From the NCBI GenBank assembly GCA_964016885.1, contig OZ024742.1, positions 106,020,001-106,084,000 on the forward strand: a stretch of 64,000 nt of DNA, written 5' to 3'. Below, piece after piece: positions 59,245 to 64,000 of the stretch. The notes under the pieces were generated by a model that worked only from the letters and a program-made list of their open reading frames with translations, searched no databases and was not told where the DNA came from. The translations under genes were made by a program, and so were the position numbers. Position 1 is the stretch's first letter. The number at the start of each line of letters is the position of its first letter. Origin of the DNA: Eledone cirrhosa. Lineage: Eukaryota.

Positions 59245-59952
59245 ATTGTATATATATATATATACACACACGTCCTTTTGTATATGTGTGGATTGAGTTT
59301 AAACGCCATGAATGAAAGACGGAAGAATATTGTGTGTTTATTTGTATGGGGCGGCAAGGTTCAGTTTGTCATTCTATTTTATGCATGTGTAAATATACAA
59401 AATATGCGAACATGTGTGAATAATAGAGCTGACCCTTGACAATGGTAAACCAAACCAAACATTGTATTAATAACCATATTTTCATATCTTAATGGGATGA
59501 TGATATTATTTCTAGCATTTTCCCACGACTATCCTTCATTCATTATTAACACACATTTGACTTGCACAGCAAATGGAAAACTTCTGTTACAACGAGGCTG
59601 TAAATCTGTTTAGAATTCTCCTATTGAAACCATTTCACTTCCCTTATGTTACTACTATTACTACTGCTAAATTTTGGTAAAAGCATGAAGACCATACAAT
59701 CTCCCGCATTGACTTAACCTTCCTAATAATATAAAAGGCGGCGGCAAATTGACGTTAAAGAAGTTAGGGTGTCGAATTAAAAAAACGCCTCGGTATTTGC
59801 CTCGGCTCGTTGCGCTCTGAGTTCAAATCCCGCCAAGGTCAACTTTGCTTTCCATCCTTTCCGGTCAATAAATAAAGTACTGGGGTCGATTATTCCTCTA
59901 TCTTTATCTCTCTCTCTTACTCACTCACTCTCCCTCTCTTTCTCTCTCTCCC

Positions 59953-60015
<63 letters not shown>

Positions 60016-60833
60016 TCTCACTCTCTCCCTCTCTCCCTTATTCTCACTCTGTTCCGAACTGGAATGGGATGGGCTTCGCTAGGCTTAAAATACACAGGAC
60101 ACATTGTGTCAGTATGGCTTCCCTACGACACCATCAGACGTCATGTGCCCTTTATCTTACCTTATATTATTTGTACCTAGTCAAATGAAAATATCATTGA
60201 TTTTTAAGTTTGGCGCCCACAGTTCCAAATCTGCATGGAATGGGTATATAATGTTGTTAATTGAACCAGATCCAATGCACTACCAGTCTCGGTGCCTCTG
60301 TAAAGTGCTAAGGGCACTGTCCCAAGGTCTTAAATAAACATACATTGGGTACTGTCTCTCATTACATTAAAAAAGAGAGGGTGGTCACGGATGAAAATAT
60401 CTTTGATAAAAGGTTTGCTCAGTCAAGGCTGATTTGGGGTTAAACCACCACCGTAACAACAATAACAAAAACAACAACAAAATCAACAAGAGCAGCAGCA
60501 ACAAGAACAACAACATTAACAGTAACAACAACAATAGCAACAGTAACAGCAACAACAACAATAGCAACAGTGATCGTGTAAGACAATTTCAAGTGTCCAG
60601 GTCGTAAAGTTCACATTCCAGAATAGAACAATCAATCAACTTTACTTTCCTTGCAGCACAAAGACTTCACGCCAAATCACAATGTCGGTATTTTGACTTC
60701 CTCGAGCGTATAAGAGCTCCAAAGGGTTGGTCCCAATTTCAATATTACGTTGAGAACTAAACTTCTCGTTTTGCACTTAATGTTCTTCAATGTTATAACT
60801 TCCGATTTTTCAACTTCTTTAATCATACCCCCA

Positions 60834-60909
<76 letters not shown>

Positions 60910-60913
<4 letters not shown>

Positions 60914-61413
60914 ACATTTAACCCCGACGGCAGAGCTCAAGCCGTTTCGACGGCTATTTCTGGACCATTATTTGTCGCGGAGGTTAACTTTGCCTTTCAT
61001 CCTTACGGGGTCGATAAAATAAAGTACCAGTAATGTACTGGGTAATTGATAGCCTTGTGCCAAAAGTAGAAACAATTATTTGTCGCGGTGGATTGGCAGT
61101 ATCGGTAGAGGGTCGGACGCCATGCTTTGCAGCATAGTTACGTCACTTTACGATCTGAGTTCAAATCCCGCCGAGGTTGACTTTGCCTTTCATCCTTACG
61201 GGGTCGATAAAATAAAGTACCAGTAATGCATTGGGTAATTGCTGGCCTTGTGCCTAAAGTAGAAACAATTATTTGTCCAGAAATAGCCGTCGAAACGGCT
61301 TGAGCTCTGTCGTCGGGGTTAAACATGTTCCTATTACTCACTCTACTACCCTAAGTATTGAGTACTCTGGTGCGTTATGGTCCATCTGGTTCCTTACTAC
61401 ACTTCCTTCATTC

Positions 61414-61414
<1 letters not shown>
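60910..61414 (+). mobile_element. Family A fold-back element interrupted by SINE S1
   Basis: Arms 60910-60966 and 61273-61333, tail to 61414. Confidence 0.8.
60975..61272 (+). mobile_element. SINE S1 (3' half plus full copy) nested in the loop of a family-A fold-back element
   Basis: attatttgtc is repeated at ~60967, ~61075 and ~61268, and the host arms flank it. Confidence 0.9.
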
Positions 61415-61459
<45 letters not shown>

Positions 61460-61635
61460 TTATTATATTACATACAAAGTAAAGGATGTCTGTCATAAAT
61501 GATACAAAATCAAACATATGTCTTGTCTCGAAAAGCAGTTCAAGATAATAAAATCGAGTCTTAATCAATTATAAGAAAGTTAATGAAACATATTCATAAA
61601 CACTTAAGAGTGTACTAAGATATATCAATGCTTAA

Positions 61636-62142
61636 AGGTCCCGCTACATCACGGATTTTTCGTTGGAACATATCTATGTTCTTATCGCGGTACGTACGTC
61701 TGAATAAAAATGTGTTTAAATTGTAATATTATTGAATAAGTTTCGATGTCATTGAAATGTATAGCATAAGGAAGGTACATCCTAAGGCTTTAACTATAAA
61801 AAATGTTTTTATTTTTCATTCCATTACTGTTTTACTGATTGTGTTTTTCTCTAATCTACTACAAACCCTTCATAGATTGACGGGAGATGTGCAGAGTATT
61901 ACTAAGCGGCTAACGTGGCTGGTAATGGCCGTCATTGGTAATAGTTGGTGGTAGTTTCTATACGATCGTTACAGACTGTTTTTGTGTTTTAATGAGTTTA
62001 TATGTACTTAAAGGTGTAGGAGAGGTATTTTAAGGCTTAAACTATGAAAACAACGGTTGCCTTTATGGTCTCTGTATATCGCGGATTTTCAATTATCGCG
62101 GTTGGTTCTGGAACGTTTCCCTCCCGATAAACGGGTGATTAC

Positions 62143-62146
<4 letters not shown>
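61636..62146. mobile_element. Tigger/pogo-like DNA transposon remnant
   Basis: The right end tatcgcggattttcaattatcgcggttggttctggaacgtt...cgataaacgggtgattactgTA resembles TcMar-Tigger termini. The left end is degenerate (cccgctacatcacggattttt). Confidence 0.55.
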
Positions 62147-62214
<68 letters not shown>

Positions 62215-62411
62215 GTGGGGATTATGAATCTATAAATGTATCTACAGGAAGGCAACACGAGTTGATATATCTGAAACATCCCGAGCAACACTCAATGATA
62301 TACGAAATGAATTCATTGTTTAAGGGTGTCAATTAATAAATTATTCCGTTTTGAAGGGACTGTGAACAAAAGACGACAGCGTGTGAACCTCATACAAACG
62401 ACAACAAAATA

Positions 62412-62483
<72 letters not shown>

Positions 62484-63681
62484 GGATATGTATATCTATA
62501 TCAATATATATATATTGATATATATATATATATACATATATATATCCTTTCCAATTCATTCTTTCTATATTTATGCATTCCTTCTTTTCCTGAATTCTCA
62601 TTCATATATTTTTTTTCCCCTTTTATCTTTTGTTTTATCTTTCTTCTTTCTCTCTTTTGTTCTCTGTTTCTGTTTCACTATATGTTTTCCTTCCTTTATG
62701 CTATCCTATTGTCCTTCTTTCCTTGCCCTTGCACTTACTCACTTTCTCCTTCCCCCTCTCCCCCCTCTCTCTTGTGATATCTTTCTTAACTTCCTCTGTG
62801 TACATCTCGTTCTATATTTACTTCTTTTACTCTTTCCTTTGTTATTTACGCTTCCCTTCCCCATTATTTTATTTTATATATTATAATATAACTATATAAT
62901 ATAACTATTGTCGTGTTGCCATAAATCCTAAAATGTCATCAATTTCTGGCTTTCAATAAGCACTTAATTAGCAAAGTAGTGTCAGGTAGAATGCTTTGCG
63001 GTATTCGTTCCGGCTCTCTGAACTCTCAGCTCAAAACTGGCTGCGATCAACCTTGCTTATCATCCTTTCGGGGTGGATAAAATACGTACCAGTTCAATAC
63101 TGGTGCCGATTCTTCCTCTCATTTACTCGATTCTTCTCTCTCCTTCTCCTGAAGAAATCGGCTGTGTTAAAAACTGGTGCGGAATAGGTTCTATCAGGTT
63201 TTAAATGCCTAAGCAACACCGTATATCACCATGGCACATTTATGTCTTTATCAAGAGTTGCGGATCCATAGATACATATCTTTGAATATTCTTACTACGT
63301 TTTTATTTCTGACATCCTTTATCCAACTATTTACCTTGTATTTTCATCGACCAATCCATACATTCATTTTCCCATCCATCCGGCCATCCATCAATCACAC
63401 GCTCTTCGATCATGGCTGACACTGGATTTGGACAGTGTTTTGTGGCAACCCAGCAGTCACCTGTGCATGCCAAACACCCCGCTCCACGCTCCCATGCATA
63501 TATACATGCATACATGCATACATAAATACATACATACGTGTATAAATTTAAGCATATTGCATAGAAATTAACGTAAGAAAAGTGTAGATACACGTGCTTG
63601 CTTGCTCGCTCTTATAGGAACTTGTCTTTGCATGCATGTGAATACGTAAGAATGTACACATACTGCGTTGATATGTGTGTG

Positions 63682-63732
<51 letters not shown>

Positions 63733-64000
63733 ATCTCTCTCTCTCTCACTCTCTCCCCCCTCTCTCTCTTTCATTGATATTTCCCTACCCCATAAGTCAT
63801 CAATATCATACACCTCAGTTCAGCGTCAAAAACAACAAAACAAAAACTGCTCTCAGAAGAGCAATAAAGATTACTTTTTATAACTTACCTCTCAACTTCT
63901 CACATAATCTGCATTCTTGGCTTCTTTATTTTTCTCTTCTTTTATATCTTTGATTCTCTGCATCTCTAAACCCACCCTGTACCACCTTGTCTTCTTTGGG

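Overview
AT-rich eukaryotic DNA saturated with microsatellites. The repeat landscape (TA/CA/GA tracts, tRNA-derived SINEs, CR1/RTE/Tx1-like LINE tails) suggests an octopod cephalopod; this is an inference, not a database result. The only clear protein-coding feature is the large first coding exon of a netrin gene (signal peptide, laminin N-terminal domain VI, first EGF repeat; 21623-22709, + strand). It ends at a phase-1 GT donor, and no further netrin exon was recognised in the remaining >41 kb. Upstream lies a ~7.5-kb, 30-bp minisatellite. The most striking unannotated signal is a set of at least five sequence-unrelated families of short elements embedded in (TA)n tracts. They carry hammerhead-ribozyme cores (CUGANGA...GAAA..UH), in one family with compensatory stem II changes between copies. 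They occur as fold-back palindromes with a one-sided 3' tail, and most families share a tail motif (~TYGAGTRCT). This architecture matches non-autonomous Penelope-like/retrozyme-type retroelements. In many copies the palindrome axis lies inside ribozyme helix II or on the palindromic loop III. Nearly all supplied ORFs other than netrin and the LINE remnants are simple-repeat artefacts.
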